Positions 45,774-56,374 of a stretch of 64,000 nt of DNA are shown here, in pieces. Origin of the DNA: an uncultured delta proteobacterium. Lineage in GTDB: Bacteria; Myxococcota; Myxococcia; Myxococcales; 40CM-4-68-19. A program made the position numbers and the translations under genes. The notes below the pieces were generated by a model. It was given only the letters and a program-made list of their open reading frames with translations, was not told where the DNA came from and ran no database searches. Numbering within the stretch: the first letter of the stretch is position 1; each line of letters starts with the position of its first letter. Location: positions 62,001-126,000 of the forward strand of contig CAIWCD010000001.1 in the NCBI GenBank assembly GCA_903911145.1, read 5' to 3'.

Positions 45774-46220
45774 ATGTCGTTCCAGAACCCGGCTCCAGCT
45801 GAACTTCGCGAGCTCATCGAGCGGTGCAGGACGATCGCGGTGGTCGGCCTCTCGCTCGATCCCGATCGGCCGAGCTACAGCGTCGCGATGTACATGCAGA
45901 GCCACGGATATCGCATCGTGCCGGTGCGTCCGGGTGGCGGCACGGTGCTCGGCGAGAAGGTCTACGAACGCCTCGCCGACATTCCCTTCGCCGTCGACAT
46001 CGTCGATCTCTTCCGGGCGTCGCAGCACGCTGGCGCCCACGTTGACGAGGCGATCTCGCTGCACGCGGCGGCCGTCTGGATGCAGGAGGGCGTCATCGAC
46101 GAAGCCGCGGCAGAGAAGGCGCGTGCGGCCGGACTGACGGTGGTGATGGATCGCTGCCTGCTCAAGGAGCATCGCAAGCTGCACAGCAAAGCGCCGCTGG
46201 TTCAGACTCCGCGCACATAG
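45774..46220 (+). CDS. CoA-binding protein (YccU-like)
   Basis: TIAVVGLS.DPDRPS, VDIVDLFR, WMQEGV and VMDRC. Confidence 0.92.
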   Translation: MSFQNPAPAELRELIERCRTIAVVGLSLDPDRPSYSVAMYMQSHGYRIVPVRPGGGTVLGEKVYERLADIPFAVDIVDLFRASQHAGAHVDEAISLHAAAVWMQEGVIDEAAAEKARAAGLTVVMDRCLLKEHRKLHSKAPLVQTPRT

Positions 46221-46264
46221 TTGCTTTCTACAACTGTTTTGATCGCGCTCGGTGGAGCCACTCC

Positions 46265-48847
46265 TCAGTCCGCGCCCAGTGCGGCCCGCTCCACCAGTTG
46301 CAACCTCGCCGTCTCAGCGTCAAACGGCCTGCCGAAGAGAAATCCCTGAGCGCGCTCGCACCCCAGCGCGCTCAGCTGCGCCGCCTGCGGCAGCGTCTCG
46401 ACACCTTCCGCGACAACCTCGAGGCCGAGCTGCTTTCCCAGGAGCAGAATGGTCTCGATGATGCGCCGGTTCTTCTCGTCGGTGCCCATCGTGCGCACGA
46501 ACGTCACGTCGATCTTGAGCGCGTCGACCGGCATCTGGTGCAGGTAGCTCAAGCTCGAGAAGCCCGTTCCGAAATCGTCGAGGCAGAGGCTGACGCCGAG
46601 CTCCTTCAAGCGGCTCAAGCTCCGGCGCGCCTGCAGCTCATTCTCCACCAGCACCGACTCGGTGATCTCCATCCGCAGCGACCGCGCAGCAAGGCCCGTG
46701 CGCTCGAGGATCGCCGCGACCTGCTCGGCGAGATCTGCCTGGAGTAGCTCGCGCCCGGACAGATTCACCGAAATGGTGAGCGCGGCCGTGCCCGCGTGGA
46801 TCTGCTGGAAGTCGCGCATCTGCGCGCAGGCCTCTTCGAGCACCCAGCGATCGAGGCGACCGATCAGTCCCGTCTCCTCCGCGAGCGGAATGAACTCGCT
46901 CGGAGGAATCGAGCCGCGCACGCGGTGCGGCCAGCGGCAGAGCGCCTCGAACCCGACGATGCGCTCATCGGGCAGCGCGACGATCGGCTGGAAGAATACG
47001 CGCAGCTCTTCGCGATCGATCGCGCGCCGAAGATCGCTCTCCATCTGCAGCACGCCGACGACCTGATCGTGCATTGCCACATCGAAGAGTGCGTGGTGGC
47101 CCGCGCCGTGGCTCTTGGCGCGATACATCGCGATATCGGCGTCGCGCAGCAACTCCTCGCCCGGACGCACAACTGGCCCGGGCGCGTGGAAGACGATGCC
47201 GATGCTCGCGGAGCTGAAGACCTCGGCCGGCCCGAGCTCCGCAGAGAGGTCGAACGGAACCGACAGCTCGCGATGCACGCGCTCCGCAACCCGCGCGGCA
47301 GCGGCAGCATCGGGCACGTCGTCGAAGAGCATGGCGAACTCATCTCCGCCCAGCCGCGCGATCGTATCGCTCTGTCTGCCGAGCCGCTCGAGCCGCCGCG
47401 CGATCTGCACGAGCAGCACGTCACCCGCCCGGTGGCCGAGCGAATCGTTGATGACCTTGAAGCGATCGAGATCGAGAAAGAGCACCGCAAGTCCGCGCCC
47501 AGCCTGGCCCGGAGCAGTGGCGAGCAGCTCCTGGGTGGCCCGCTCCTGCGCGACTTTCAGCCGCTCGAGAAATCGGGCGCGATTGGGAAGTCCCGTCAGT
47601 GCATCGAAGAACGCTGCGTGCCAGAGGTTCCCCTCAGCGCGCGTGCGTTCGGTGACGTCGTTCGCCACCACCAGCCGCGCCGGCGCCCCCGCAAACCCGA
47701 TCCCGTGTGCGCTCATCTCCACGTGCATCGTCTCGCCGGTGGCGGTCCGATGCCGATGCAGCCCCGCCGCGATCGGCGCACCCAGCCCATCGTCCGCAGC
47801 AGGCGCAGCAGCCGCGAGCTGCTCTTCCTCCATGCGGGAAAATTGCTCACGCGAATATCCGTAGCGCCGCACCGCCGCTTCGTTCACCGCGAGAAAACGT
47901 CCGCTCTCCTCGCTCGAGACCCACATCGGGTGCGGACTCGATTCGAACAGCGACCGGTAGCGGGCCTCGGACTGCGCGAGCTGCTCGTGCATCCGCAGCT
48001 GCTCGGTGATGTCGCGCACCGACATCCAGAGCGCGCGCTGCCCGTGATAGGCGACCGTGCCGGCGCTCACCTCGACCACGATCTGCGTCTCGTCACTGCG
48101 CCAGTGGGCCGATTCGAATCGCCCCTGCCCATCTCGCAGCGTCTCCCGCACGCGCGAACGCTCGACGCTCGGCTCATCCCAGAGTCGCGGCAAGGCCAGC
48201 CCGATGAACTCGCTGCGCGTCCAGCCGTAGATCGCGCACGCGCTCGCGTTGGCGTCGAGCACCGTCTCGCTCTCGGGGTCTGCGATGATGAAGCCATCGC
48301 GCGCGTTCTCGAAGAGCGCCCGGTACTCACTCTCGCTGCGCCGCAGCGCCTCGTCGACGGGCCGGCGCCGCAACACGCGACCGAGCTCCATGCCTCCGAA
48401 CGCGAGCAGATCAAGCATCGCATCCGCGGGGCGCTCGGCATCTGTCGAGAAGAATTCGAGCTGCGCGACCAGACTCGCAGACAGCGCGATCGACGCGGAG
48501 AAGCGAGAGCGTGCGCCTGATCGCGACGCCTCTTCGTCTGCGAGTTCGTCCCACTCCGCGTGCGCGGACAGAGCGCGTGCCGGCAGAGACTGGAGGCGAT
48601 GCGATTGCGCAGCGCGGGCGGGACCGTCGAGGTCTGGATCCACGGAGTGCCACGCAGGTGCACCGACGGGAGAACCTGCGCCATCGACAAACGACAAGCG
48701 ACCGGCGAACGATCGAGTCTGCGCACAGAGCGGAGCGAGCGCTGCGAGCAGTGCATCTCGAACTGTTGGCGCCTTGTCCGCAGCGGCGATGAGGTCCGCG
48801 ACGGCCTCGAGCCGCCGCGCTCGATCGTCACGAGCGGCACTCATCAT
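46265..48847 (-). CDS. PAS-PAS-GGDEF-EAL diguanylate cyclase/phosphodiesterase
   Basis: DALTGLPNR, RLGGDEF, FEALCRW and LDDFGTGFSSL. Two PAS repeats. Confidence 0.93.
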   Translation of the reverse strand: MMSAARDDRARRLEAVADLIAAADKAPTVRDALLAALAPLCAQTRSFAGRLSFVDGAGSPVGAPAWHSVDPDLDGPARAAQSHRLQSLPARALSAHAEWDELADEEASRSGARSRFSASIALSASLVAQLEFFSTDAERPADAMLDLLAFGGMELGRVLRRRPVDEALRRSESEYRALFENARDGFIIADPESETVLDANASACAIYGWTRSEFIGLALPRLWDEPSVERSRVRETLRDGQGRFESAHWRSDETQIVVEVSAGTVAYHGQRALWMSVRDITEQLRMHEQLAQSEARYRSLFESSPHPMWVSSEESGRFLAVNEAAVRRYGYSREQFSRMEEEQLAAAAPAADDGLGAPIAAGLHRHRTATGETMHVEMSAHGIGFAGAPARLVVANDVTERTRAEGNLWHAAFFDALTGLPNRARFLERLKVAQERATQELLATAPGQAGRGLAVLFLDLDRFKVINDSLGHRAGDVLLVQIARRLERLGRQSDTIARLGGDEFAMLFDDVPDAAAAARVAERVHRELSVPFDLSAELGPAEVFSSASIGIVFHAPGPVVRPGEELLRDADIAMYRAKSHGAGHHALFDVAMHDQVVGVLQMESDLRRAIDREELRVFFQPIVALPDERIVGFEALCRWPHRVRGSIPPSEFIPLAEETGLIGRLDRWVLEEACAQMRDFQQIHAGTAALTISVNLSGRELLQADLAEQVAAILERTGLAARSLRMEITESVLVENELQARRSLSRLKELGVSLCLDDFGTGFSSLSYLHQMPVDALKIDVTFVRTMGTDEKNRRIIETILLLGKQLGLEVVAEGVETLPQAAQLSALGCERAQGFLFGRPFDAETARLQLVERAALGAD

Positions 48848-48993
48848 GGCTGCTTCGTGATCGACGGCGTCCCGCACGAGCCCAGCTTAGACGCAGGAGC
48901 GCGCCTCGCATCAAGCCTTGTGTGAGTGAACGCCAACTTTTTTGGAGTCGTGCGCTGCGTGTTGAAATCCGTACAGCTGCAGCCAAGCCGCCT

Positions 48994-49929
48994 CTACGCG
49001 ACTTCGAGGCCCGCGAACGCCGGCACCGCTTCGTGCAGCGCCGAGAGTTCACGCTCGGCGCGAGGACGGACCACCGCACATGCGCCAGGCTCGGAGAGCG
49101 CCTTCTTCACCAGCGCGTGATTAAGCGCGTGTCCCGACTTGACGGCATCGAGGTGCCCGATGATCGGCATCCCCGCGAGCGCGAGATCGCCGACCGCGTC
49201 GAGGATCTTGTGCCGCACGAACTCGTCGGGAAAACGGAGCCCCTCGGGGTTCAGGATGTTGAAATCGTCGAGCACCACGGCGTTCGCGAGCGAACCGCCC
49301 CGGCCCAGTCCCGCTGCGTGCAGCCGCTCGACATCGCGCTTGAACCCGAATGTACGCGCTCGCGCGATCTCCTTGTGAAACGCCTTCTCGGAGAGATGCA
49401 CGCGGTGCCGCTGGTCGCTGATGAGCGGATGCTTGAAGTCGATGGTGTAGTCGATGGAGAACCGACGCGCGGGCAGCAGCCGGGCGCTCTTGTCGCCGTC
49501 CTCCACCACGATGGGCCGCTGCACGAGCAGATACCGACGCGCGTTGCGCTGCTCCTTCACTCCCGCCTCGCCGATGAGCTGAACGAAGGGAGCCGCGCTG
49601 CCGTCGAGGATGGGCAGCTCCGCGCCCTCGACTTCGATGCGCGCATTGTCGATGCCGCAACCAACGAGCGCGGCCATCAGGTGCTCAATGGTGCCGATGC
49701 GCACCTGGCCCCTGCCAAGCGAGGTGTTCAGCGTCGTGTCAACGACGTTCTCCGCGAGCGCAGGGATCTCCACGCGCGGCGACAGATCGGTCCTCTCGAA
49801 GACGATGCCGTGATCCGCTGGGGCCGGGCAGAGCGTGATGCGGACGTTCGCGCCCGAGTGGAGGCCCACGCCCTCGAGCGATGCCCGGTGCCGGAAGGTG
49901 CGCTGGCGGAACGGATGCAGGTCGAGCAA
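48994..49929 (-). CDS. lpxC: UDP-3-O-acyl-N-acetylglucosamine deacetylase
   Basis: GVGLHSG, TIEHLMAAL, PILDGS, ARTFGF and RHKILDAVGD. Confidence 0.96.
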   Translation of the reverse strand: MLDLHPFRQRTFRHRASLEGVGLHSGANVRITLCPAPADHGIVFERTDLSPRVEIPALAENVVDTTLNTSLGRGQVRIGTIEHLMAALVGCGIDNARIEVEGAELPILDGSAAPFVQLIGEAGVKEQRNARRYLLVQRPIVVEDGDKSARLLPARRFSIDYTIDFKHPLISDQRHRVHLSEKAFHKEIARARTFGFKRDVERLHAAGLGRGGSLANAVVLDDFNILNPEGLRFPDEFVRHKILDAVGDLALAGMPIIGHLDAVKSGHALNHALVKKALSEPGACAVVRPRAERELSALHEAVPAFAGLEVA

Positions 49930-50256
49930 GTCACGACTCCCCAGAGCAGAGCTGCGAAAAACCGAAAGAATCTACGCCGACGAAAAGCAAGATACGCGCC
50001 GCGTTGTAACCAGAACGTCGCGAGATCAACGTCGCCAGGACATCTGGCCTACCTATCTAGTCCCACAAAGGATTCTGCCGCTTGAGACAAAACATGATGC
50101 TCGTGGCACTGATTTGATGCTGGTCAACCTTTGCACAGCCGCTGGTCTACCCATGACAGCAATGTCGCAGTCGGCCAAGTTTGCGTCCCCTTAGCTTTCC
50201 TTGAAGAAATCCGCAAGAGACTGTTGGCGGAAGGGCGCCGCGGCACGCTCCGCGCG

Positions 50257-51321
50257 TCAGAGAAGCGTCGACTGGGCGCCGGCCGGCGCCTTTCGGCCGA
50301 GGTGCTCGTAACCTCGCGGTGTCGCCACCCGGCCTCGAGGGGTCCGGTAGAGGTAGCCCTCCATCAGCAGGAACGGTTCGTAGACATCCTCGACGGTGTC
50401 GGCCTGCTCCCCCACCGACGCCGCGATGGTGTCGAGGCCGACGGGACCGCCGCCGAACTTGTCGATCAACGTCGAGAGGATCTTACGGTCCATCGGATCG
50501 AGCCCAGCCGAATCGACCTCGAGGCGGGCGAGCGCTCGATCGGCGACCGCGCGCGTGATGCGCCCATCGCCCTCCACCTCCGCGAAGTCGCGCACGCGGC
50601 GCAGCAAACGATTGGCGATGCGCGGCGTCCCTCGTGAGCGACGTGCGATCTCGGCCGCGCCGTCCTCCGCGAGATGCACCTCCATCTTGAGCGCCGAGCG
50701 CCTGACGATCTCCTGAAGGTCGGAGGCCGGGTAGTAGTCGAGTCGGTTGACGATGCCGAACCGATCGCGCAGCGGCCCCGTGAGCAGGCCCGTCCGGGTC
50801 GTCGCGCCGACAAGAGTGAAGCGCTGCAGAGGCAGCTTGATGCCGCGCGCCCCCGCGCCCTCGCCGATCACGATGTCGAACGTGAAATCCTCCATCGCTG
50901 GATAGAGATTCTCCTCGATGGCCGGATTGAGCCTGTGGATCTCGTCGATGAAGAGAACGTCATTCTCCGCGAGGTTCGTCAGGATGCCCGCGAGGTCGCC
51001 TTTCTTCTCGAGCGCAGGCCCGCTCGTGACGTGAATCTGCGCGCCGAGCTCATGCGCGATCACGTGCGCGAGAGAGGTCTTGCCCAGCCCTGGCGGGCCG
51101 CAGAACAGCACGTGATCGAGCGGCTCTTTGCGCGCCTTGGCCGCCTGCACGAAGACGCGCAGATTGTCGAGGAGCGCCCGCTGCCCGACCACCTCCGAGA
51201 AATTGCGCGGGCGAAGCGTTCGATCAAAGCCGTTGTCTTCCGCGAGTGGCGCGGGCGTCACCTCGCGCGGGAGAGTCGTTTCGATCGGATCGGGATCAGT
51301 CTGCGGCACGCGTCGAGGCAC
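50257..51321 (-). CDS. ruvB: Holliday junction branch migration helicase RuvB
   Basis: [24 protein letters not shown] and [11 protein letters not shown]. Confidence 0.97.
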   Translation of the reverse strand: MPRRVPQTDPDPIETTLPREVTPAPLAEDNGFDRTLRPRNFSEVVGQRALLDNLRVFVQAAKARKEPLDHVLFCGPPGLGKTSLAHVIAHELGAQIHVTSGPALEKKGDLAGILTNLAENDVLFIDEIHRLNPAIEENLYPAMEDFTFDIVIGEGAGARGIKLPLQRFTLVGATTRTGLLTGPLRDRFGIVNRLDYYPASDLQEIVRRSALKMEVHLAEDGAAEIARRSRGTPRIANRLLRRVRDFAEVEGDGRITRAVADRALARLEVDSAGLDPMDRKILSTLIDKFGGGPVGLDTIAASVGEQADTVEDVYEPFLLMEGYLYRTPRGRVATPRGYEHLGRKAPAGAQSTLL

Positions 51322-51361
51322 GGGCGTGACGGTAGCATGGCGACCCGACCCGAGCGCAGCT

Positions 51362-51970
51362 CTACGGCGTCCCCTGGATCAACTTGAGCGCCTCGCGCAG
51401 CTGCGCCTCGAGCGGCGCCGATGCGCCCAGTGCGCGCCGGACAGCGTCTGCCGTGCGCTCCGCCTGCGCGGGCTTATAGCCGAGATTCAAGAGGGCGCTG
51501 TGCAGCGCCGAGTCGCCCTGCGCGGGAGGCGGCTGGGAAGTCGAACCGCCCGCCTGCAGCAGTCCCGAGGTCTTCAGCTTGTCCTTGAGCTCGAGCACGA
51601 GCCGCTCGGCCGTCTTCTTTCCCACTCCGGGAATCTTCGTCAGCCGCGCCAGCTCCCCGCCGATCAGTGCGCGCGCCAACTCGAGCGCGGGCATTCCCGA
51701 GAGGATGTTGATCGCCAGCTTTGGCCCCACTCCGCTCGTGCCGATGAGCAGGATGAAGAGCTGCTCCTCCTCCTCGGTGGCGAAGCCATAGAGCTGCAGC
51801 GCATCCTCGCGGACATGCGTGTACGTGCGCAGCGTGACGGCCGCGCCGGGCGGGCCAAGCCGCGCCGACGATTGCGCCGAGAGCTGCACCAGGTAGCCAA
51901 CGCCGCCGACATCCACGATGGCCGCATCAGCGCGCTTCTCGAGCAACATTCCCGCGATTCGAGCGATCAC
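51362..51970 (-). CDS. ruvA: Holliday junction protein RuvA
   Basis: [29 protein letters not shown] and [11 protein letters not shown]. Confidence 0.96.
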   Translation of the reverse strand: MIARIAGMLLEKRADAAIVDVGGVGYLVQLSAQSSARLGPPGAAVTLRTYTHVREDALQLYGFATEEEEQLFILLIGTSGVGPKLAINILSGMPALELARALIGGELARLTKIPGVGKKTAERLVLELKDKLKTSGLLQAGGSTSQPPPAQGDSALHSALLNLGYKPAQAERTADAVRRALGASAPLEAQLREALKLIQGTP

Positions 51971-52590
51971 CGCTGCCTCCGTTTCGCCAAGCCGCGCAGA
52001 GCTGCGCTGCTCTTGTTCGATCCTGTAGTGCGCGCCTGCGCGAGCAGCCGCGCGAGATTCTCTGCCGCCGGCGTGCGTTGCGACGCGACCTTCGCTGAAC
52101 CCGACGCCGCACCGGCAGCGCGCCCACCGCGAAGCGCTCCACAGAGGGCGATCGCAAGCGCATCGGTCGCGTCCGCCCTGCTCGCAACACGGATCCCGAG
52201 CAGCGCCTCGACCATTCGCGCCACCTGCGACTTCTCCGCGCGCCCACTACCGGTCACCGCCTGCTTCACCACCGTCGCCGCGAAGCTGCGCACTTCGGCC
52301 CGCGCCAGCATCGCCGCAAGCAGCGCGACGCCACGCGCGTGGCCGAGCACCAGCGCCGATCGGGCATTGCGCGCATGAAAGATTTCCTCAATCGCGACGA
52401 TCGAGGGCCGGTGCCGAACGAGCTCTTCATTGAGTTTCTCGAACAGGACTTGCAGGCGCGCCTCGAGGGGCGCCGCCGCATCCAGAACGATCACGCCGTG
52501 CGCGACATGGCGCAGCTTGCCCGCGCCGAGATCCTCGACGACGCCGAATCCGCAGAAGCGCGAGCCGGGATCGATGCCGAGGATGCGCAG
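51967..52590 (-). CDS. ruvC: Crossover junction endodeoxyribonuclease RuvC (apparent CTG start)
   Basis: Frame extends upstream of the ORF-track start to LRILGIDPGSRFCGFG. AIEEIF, LGHARGV, KQAVTGSGRAEKSQV and DATDALAIALC. Confidence 0.92.
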   Translation of the reverse strand: MRILGIDPGSRFCGFGVVEDLGAGKLRHVAHGVIVLDAAAPLEARLQVLFEKLNEELVRHRPSIVAIEEIFHARNARSALVLGHARGVALLAAMLARAEVRSFAATVVKQAVTGSGRAEKSQVARMVEALLGIRVASRADATDALAIALCGALRGGRAAGAASGSAKVASQRTPAAENLARLLAQARTTGSNKSSAALRGLAKRRQR

Positions 52591-52624
52591 CTGGATGCCC
52601 TTCTGCAGCGCGCGTGAGGCGCAG

Positions 52625-53371
52625 CTATTGGCTCAACGAAGCGAGCGTCGCTTCATCGATCTCGAAGTTTGCGTGGACCCGCTGCACATCGTCGTTCTCC
52701 TCGAGCGCTTCGATCAGCTTGAGGACCTTGCCAGCCGTATCGCCCTCGACATGCACCGACGTCTTCGGGAGATAGACGAGCTTGGGCGCGCCGACCGCGA
52801 GCTTCCCCTCGAGCGCCTTGTGCACGCCGTTCATGGCCGTCGGCTCAGTGCGGATCTCGAAACCGCCGTCGCCATCGGAGACGATGTCCTCGGCACCCGC
52901 GTCCAACGCGAGCTCCATCACCTGATCCTCGCTCGGCCCCACGGGCACCAGCATCACGCCCTTGCGATCGAAGAGGAATGCGACCGCACCCGAGACGGCC
53001 ATGCTGCCGCCGTACTTGATGAAGAGAGATCGGACGTCGCCCGCGCTGCGATTCTTGTTGTCGGTGAGAATCTCGAGCACCAGAGCAACACCGCCGGGAC
53101 CGTATCCCTCATAGAGCAGCTCTTCGTAGCTGACGCCCTCGAGATCTCCGGTGCCCTTGAGCACGGCGCGCTTGATCGAATCGCCCGGCATGTTCGCTTC
53201 GCGGGCCGCGAGGATCGCCGTTCGCAGGCGGGAGTTGTGATCCGGATCGCCGCCGCCAAAGCGGGCCGCGACGGTGATCTCACGGATCAGCTTTGTGAAG
53301 AGGACACCCTTGGTGCCTCCCATCGCTTCCTTCTTGCGCTTGATCTTGCTCCAGCGATTGTGGCCGGACAT
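52625..53371 (-). CDS. yebC: YebC/PmpR family protein
   Basis: MSGHNRWSKIKRKK, YEGYGPGG, TDNKNR and LEENDDVQ. Upstream of ruvC. Confidence 0.96.
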   Translation of the reverse strand: MSGHNRWSKIKRKKEAMGGTKGVLFTKLIREITVAARFGGGDPDHNSRLRTAILAAREANMPGDSIKRAVLKGTGDLEGVSYEELLYEGYGPGGVALVLEILTDNKNRSAGDVRSLFIKYGGSMAVSGAVAFLFDRKGVMLVPVGPSEDQVMELALDAGAEDIVSDGDGGFEIRTEPTAMNGVHKALEGKLAVGAPKLVYLPKTSVHVEGDTAGKVLKLIEALEENDDVQRVHANFEIDEATLASLSQ

Positions 53372-53442
53372 GCGTCGTTGACTCCTTCAAGAGCCGCGCA
53401 ATTCAGGGAGAGCGCCAGGCGGGCGGGTCATTAGCACGCGCC

Positions 53443-53481
53443 CAGCGCAGGCGGCAACGAGAGCGAATGCCGCCTGCGCTT
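53443..53481. terminator. Hairpin downstream of the lamin-tail gene
   Basis: AGCGCAGGCGGCA...TGCCGCCTGCGCT, a 13-bp stem without a clear U-tract. Confidence 0.45.
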
Positions 53482-53494
53482 GAGCGCATTCACA

Positions 53495-55171
53495 TCAAGG
53501 TGCGCGTCCGGGCGAGCCGCCAACGGCCCCGCAATTGAAGGAGTCTGCTGCGTCAGCGGAATCGATCGCGGCGCGCTCGAGGCTCACCCCGACCGGACAG
53601 TTGAACGCGCCTCCCGGAAACGAGGAGAGAGGGATCGGCGTGCCGCCGTCAGCGGCCTGCGCCACGAGCGTCATTGCCGGAGGAGATTCATCGGTGAGGC
53701 CATGCGCGAGGAGCCGCTGCGTCGATGCGCGCAGCACCGGAACGCCCGGGGGCAGGAGATAGCGCGAGGCATCGAACGAGGCGCCGACGGCAAGAGCGTA
53801 TCCTCCCGGCTCGAGAATGGGCGGAGATGGAGGCGTCGCGGCGAGAAGCGGCCGGACGACGCCGTCGGGCCCCTGAAGCCCAAGCAGCGAGAGATCGATC
53901 GCGCCGCTGCCTCCATTGTGGATCTCGACGTACTCACCCTCGTCGCGAGGCACGGGCAGAGGCGGTGAGGCCATTACTTCGTCGATGATCGCCACGGGCA
54001 GCAAGCCGAGCGTCGCGAACGGCATTGGAGAAAGCGCGCCCGTGTTGCCTTCATCGTCTTCTAGCCAGACCGAGGCGATGTAGCTCGAAGACGAGGAGAG
54101 ATCTGCAAGTTCGATGTCGAGGGCGCAGGGAGCGCTCGGCGCGGTGCAGCTTCGCGGCGCGCAGGAGGCAAAAGAGGTCACGTTGGCGATGCAGCCTGCG
54201 ACCGAACAATCGTTCGGCGCGTTGCCTGCGCTCGCAGGTCCGAGAACGAGGGTTCCAGCGTCGGCCGTGTCGGCGATTGGCGAAACCTGGACGACGACGC
54301 GCGCGGGGGAGTCGAGGGAGAGGTGGAGCAGCGCGGAGTCGTCGCGGGGCTCGAGCGCGGCAGAGAGCGCCACCGGACTCGCCGTCCGCGCGCAATCGAG
54401 CGTTGTGAACGAGGCTTGCTCGACGGGCTTTCCATCGAGTTCCAGAGAGTAGGTCTGTCCGGGAAGCAACACAGAGCACGGCGCCTCCGGGCAAATCGAC
54501 AGCACTGCTTCGCCAGGAAGAGCGGGAGCCGCGCTGGCCGCGACGAGGCCAGCGGCTCCGACGAGCGAGAGCACTCCGCCCGGAGAACCCACCGAGAACG
54601 AGACGCGCACGAAGAGCAGATTCGATGGAGCAAATGAGCCGGCCGGCGGATCGACCAGTCTGGGCGCGGCCGCGGAGCTCGCGACGGAGTAGATGAATTC
54701 TGCTCCGCCTCCCTGCATCCGCTGCCCGGCTGCACTCTTGAGACGAGGAGAAGCGAGCAGCGCATAGAACCCCGGAGCGAGTGGAGAAGTGGGCGTGAGC
54801 GTGAGGGAGAGCGCCTGATCGCCCAGCGTCGCGCGCGCCGGGATGACGAGCGCCCCCTCGGCGGCAGTCAGCCGGGAATGCTCGAGCGCGGCGGCGATGA
54901 CCTCGGCGTTGCTCTGCGCGACGAGCACGACGGTCTCGCTGCGCGCAACGTCGGAGAGAAGGAGGCTTGCGTCCATCGGCGTCGAGAACGAAACGACGAA
55001 CGAAGCGGTAGTCGAGACGTCTCCGGGAGAGGGAAATACCGAGGTGACCTTCGCGGGAGATGGCGCGAGGCCCGCATCGGCACCGGCCGTGAGATCGAGT
55101 TGCGCGCAGGCGATGATCGGAGCCAGGGCGAGCGCCGCGCAGGCGAGCAGCACCGGATGCGGCGGCCGCAT
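53495..55171 (-). CDS. Lipoprotein with Ig-like (Big_5) and lamin-tail domains
   Basis: Lipobox IIAC. VTSVFP...VSFSTPMD (Big_5-like). IIDEVMASP...GEYVEIHN..IDLS (LTD). Confidence 0.8.
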   Translation of the reverse strand: MRPPHPVLLACAALALAPIIACAQLDLTAGADAGLAPSPAKVTSVFPSPGDVSTTASFVVSFSTPMDASLLLSDVARSETVVLVAQSNAEVIAAALEHSRLTAAEGALVIPARATLGDQALSLTLTPTSPLAPGFYALLASPRLKSAAGQRMQGGGAEFIYSVASSAAAPRLVDPPAGSFAPSNLLFVRVSFSVGSPGGVLSLVGAAGLVAASAAPALPGEAVLSICPEAPCSVLLPGQTYSLELDGKPVEQASFTTLDCARTASPVALSAALEPRDDSALLHLSLDSPARVVVQVSPIADTADAGTLVLGPASAGNAPNDCSVAGCIANVTSFASCAPRSCTAPSAPCALDIELADLSSSSSYIASVWLEDDEGNTGALSPMPFATLGLLPVAIIDEVMASPPLPVPRDEGEYVEIHNGGSGAIDLSLLGLQGPDGVVRPLLAATPPSPPILEPGGYALAVGASFDASRYLLPPGVPVLRASTQRLLAHGLTDESPPAMTLVAQAADGGTPIPLSSFPGGAFNCPVGVSLERAAIDSADAADSFNCGAVGGSPGRAP

Positions 55172-55305
55172 CGGAGGGAGATGCGCGGGATGCGGAACGG
55201 CCCAGGGCAACGGCTTCGCGCGAGGCGCGGGACAGGCTGTTTCGGTTGGCGACGGCGGCAACGGCTTGCGCGCGCGGGGGGCGATGGGGATCGGCGGGAG
55301 TTGCG

Positions 55306-56004
55306 TCACGGCGTGGGCTCCTGGGTGAGGGATTGGGTCAGTGCGTCGGCACGCGACTGCACGCGGGCGAGCGATTCGCGGAAGAGGCCGCCGGTGAGGG
55401 CATCGAGCGCGGCGGTCGTTTCGAGCAGGCCCAGCACGGCCTCGAGCTGCACCGAGCCCGCCGCGACGGCGAGCTGGCTGAGTGCAGCAATGCGTCGTCG
55501 CCGCTCCGCGTAGAGCTCGGCAGCGCGAACTGCTGCGGCCTGGCGCGTGCGGGCGAGATGGACTGTCGCGAGGGCAAGCTGGCTCTCGTCGCGCGAATAG
55601 ATCGCCTGCGGCAGGTCCCACGACAGCATCACGGACCAGGTCGTCGCGCCGCCCAGATCGGTCCAGTGGACCGGGTTCTGATTCATCGTGCCGTCGCGCG
55701 TCCGATCGCTTGCACTGCCGCCAAGCTGGCCGCGCACCGCGGGAGCCCAGTGCGCGGCCCGTGCACGAATGGCACGCGAGGCATCGTCGGACGCATCTCC
55801 TGCTGCGAGCCGTGCGGCCGCGTGCTGGCATTCCGCCAGGCTCGGCTCGCGCGCGACGACAGGCGGAAGATCGCTCCCTGCAGGCGTGGGCGACGACGCA
55901 GCATGGGACGCTCGCGAAGGAGGCGGAGGGTCAGCGGCCAGCGCCGCGTGCGTGAGGAGAGCCGCGCCCAGCAAGGCCCAGCGCGATGCGCGTATTCTCT
56001 GCAT
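55306..56004 (-). CDS. Hypothetical secreted protein (partial outer-membrane-efflux-like helices)
   Basis: Signal peptide (AALA). EPSLAECQHAA, LSWDLP and LDALTGG. RBS GGAGGG. Confidence 0.7.
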   Translation of the reverse strand: MQRIRASRWALLGAALLTHAALAADPPPPSRASHAASSPTPAGSDLPPVVAREPSLAECQHAAARLAAGDASDDASRAIRARAAHWAPAVRGQLGGSASDRTRDGTMNQNPVHWTDLGGATTWSVMLSWDLPQAIYSRDESQLALATVHLARTRQAAAVRAAELYAERRRRIAALSQLAVAAGSVQLEAVLGLLETTAALDALTGGLFRESLARVQSRADALTQSLTQEPTP

Positions 56005-56045
56005 GGTCCCTCCAGCGCGGCGTCCATTCGCCGTGGGGGACCGTT

Positions 56046-56061
56046 TGCAGCGGGCGTGCCG
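56046..56061 (-). promoter_or_regulatory. Sigma54-type promoter for the 56004 gene
   Basis: Minus-strand CGGCACGCCCGCTGCA is GG-N10-GC. Palindrome GTCTCATTTCGAGAC (56117-56131) lies upstream. Confidence 0.6.
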
Positions 56062-56119
56062 AGGTCAGGATCCGGTGTCGCTCAGAGGAGAATCCAGTCG
56101 CGGGCAACCTCTCCGGGTC

Positions 56120-56374
56120 TCATTTCGAGACGGGGAGCGGTCCACTTTGCGACCCGCACGCCGCCTGCTCCGGCACGTTCGCGGAGGCCTTCTCGAGTCG
56201 CGCGCGCAGTTGCACGTTTTCGTCGTGCTCGTTCTCAAACGCGGCGCGGTAATGGCGCGCGCGGGACTGCTCATCGCGCAGCACCTGTTCGGGGATCCGA
56301 TCGCACGCAAACCCGCACAGGGCGCAGACGAGCGCGCACAGCGAAGCTCGCAGAAGCCAGGATGCCTTGCTCAA
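56120..56374 (-). CDS. Small putative lipoprotein
   Basis: TTG start overlapping the upstream stop. Hydrophobic leader with GFAC lipobox, then a short coiled coil. Confidence 0.5.
   Translation of the reverse strand: MSKASWLLRASLCALVCALCGFACDRIPEQVLRDEQSRARHYRAAFENEHDENVQLRARLEKASANVPEQAACGSQSGPLPVSK

Noticed and set aside
50104..50135. Possible sigma54 promoters TGGCACTGATTTGA and TGGTCAACCTTTGCA between lpxC and ruvB
   Set aside because: Spacing is GG-N9, not the required GG-N10-GC, and they point away from lpxC.
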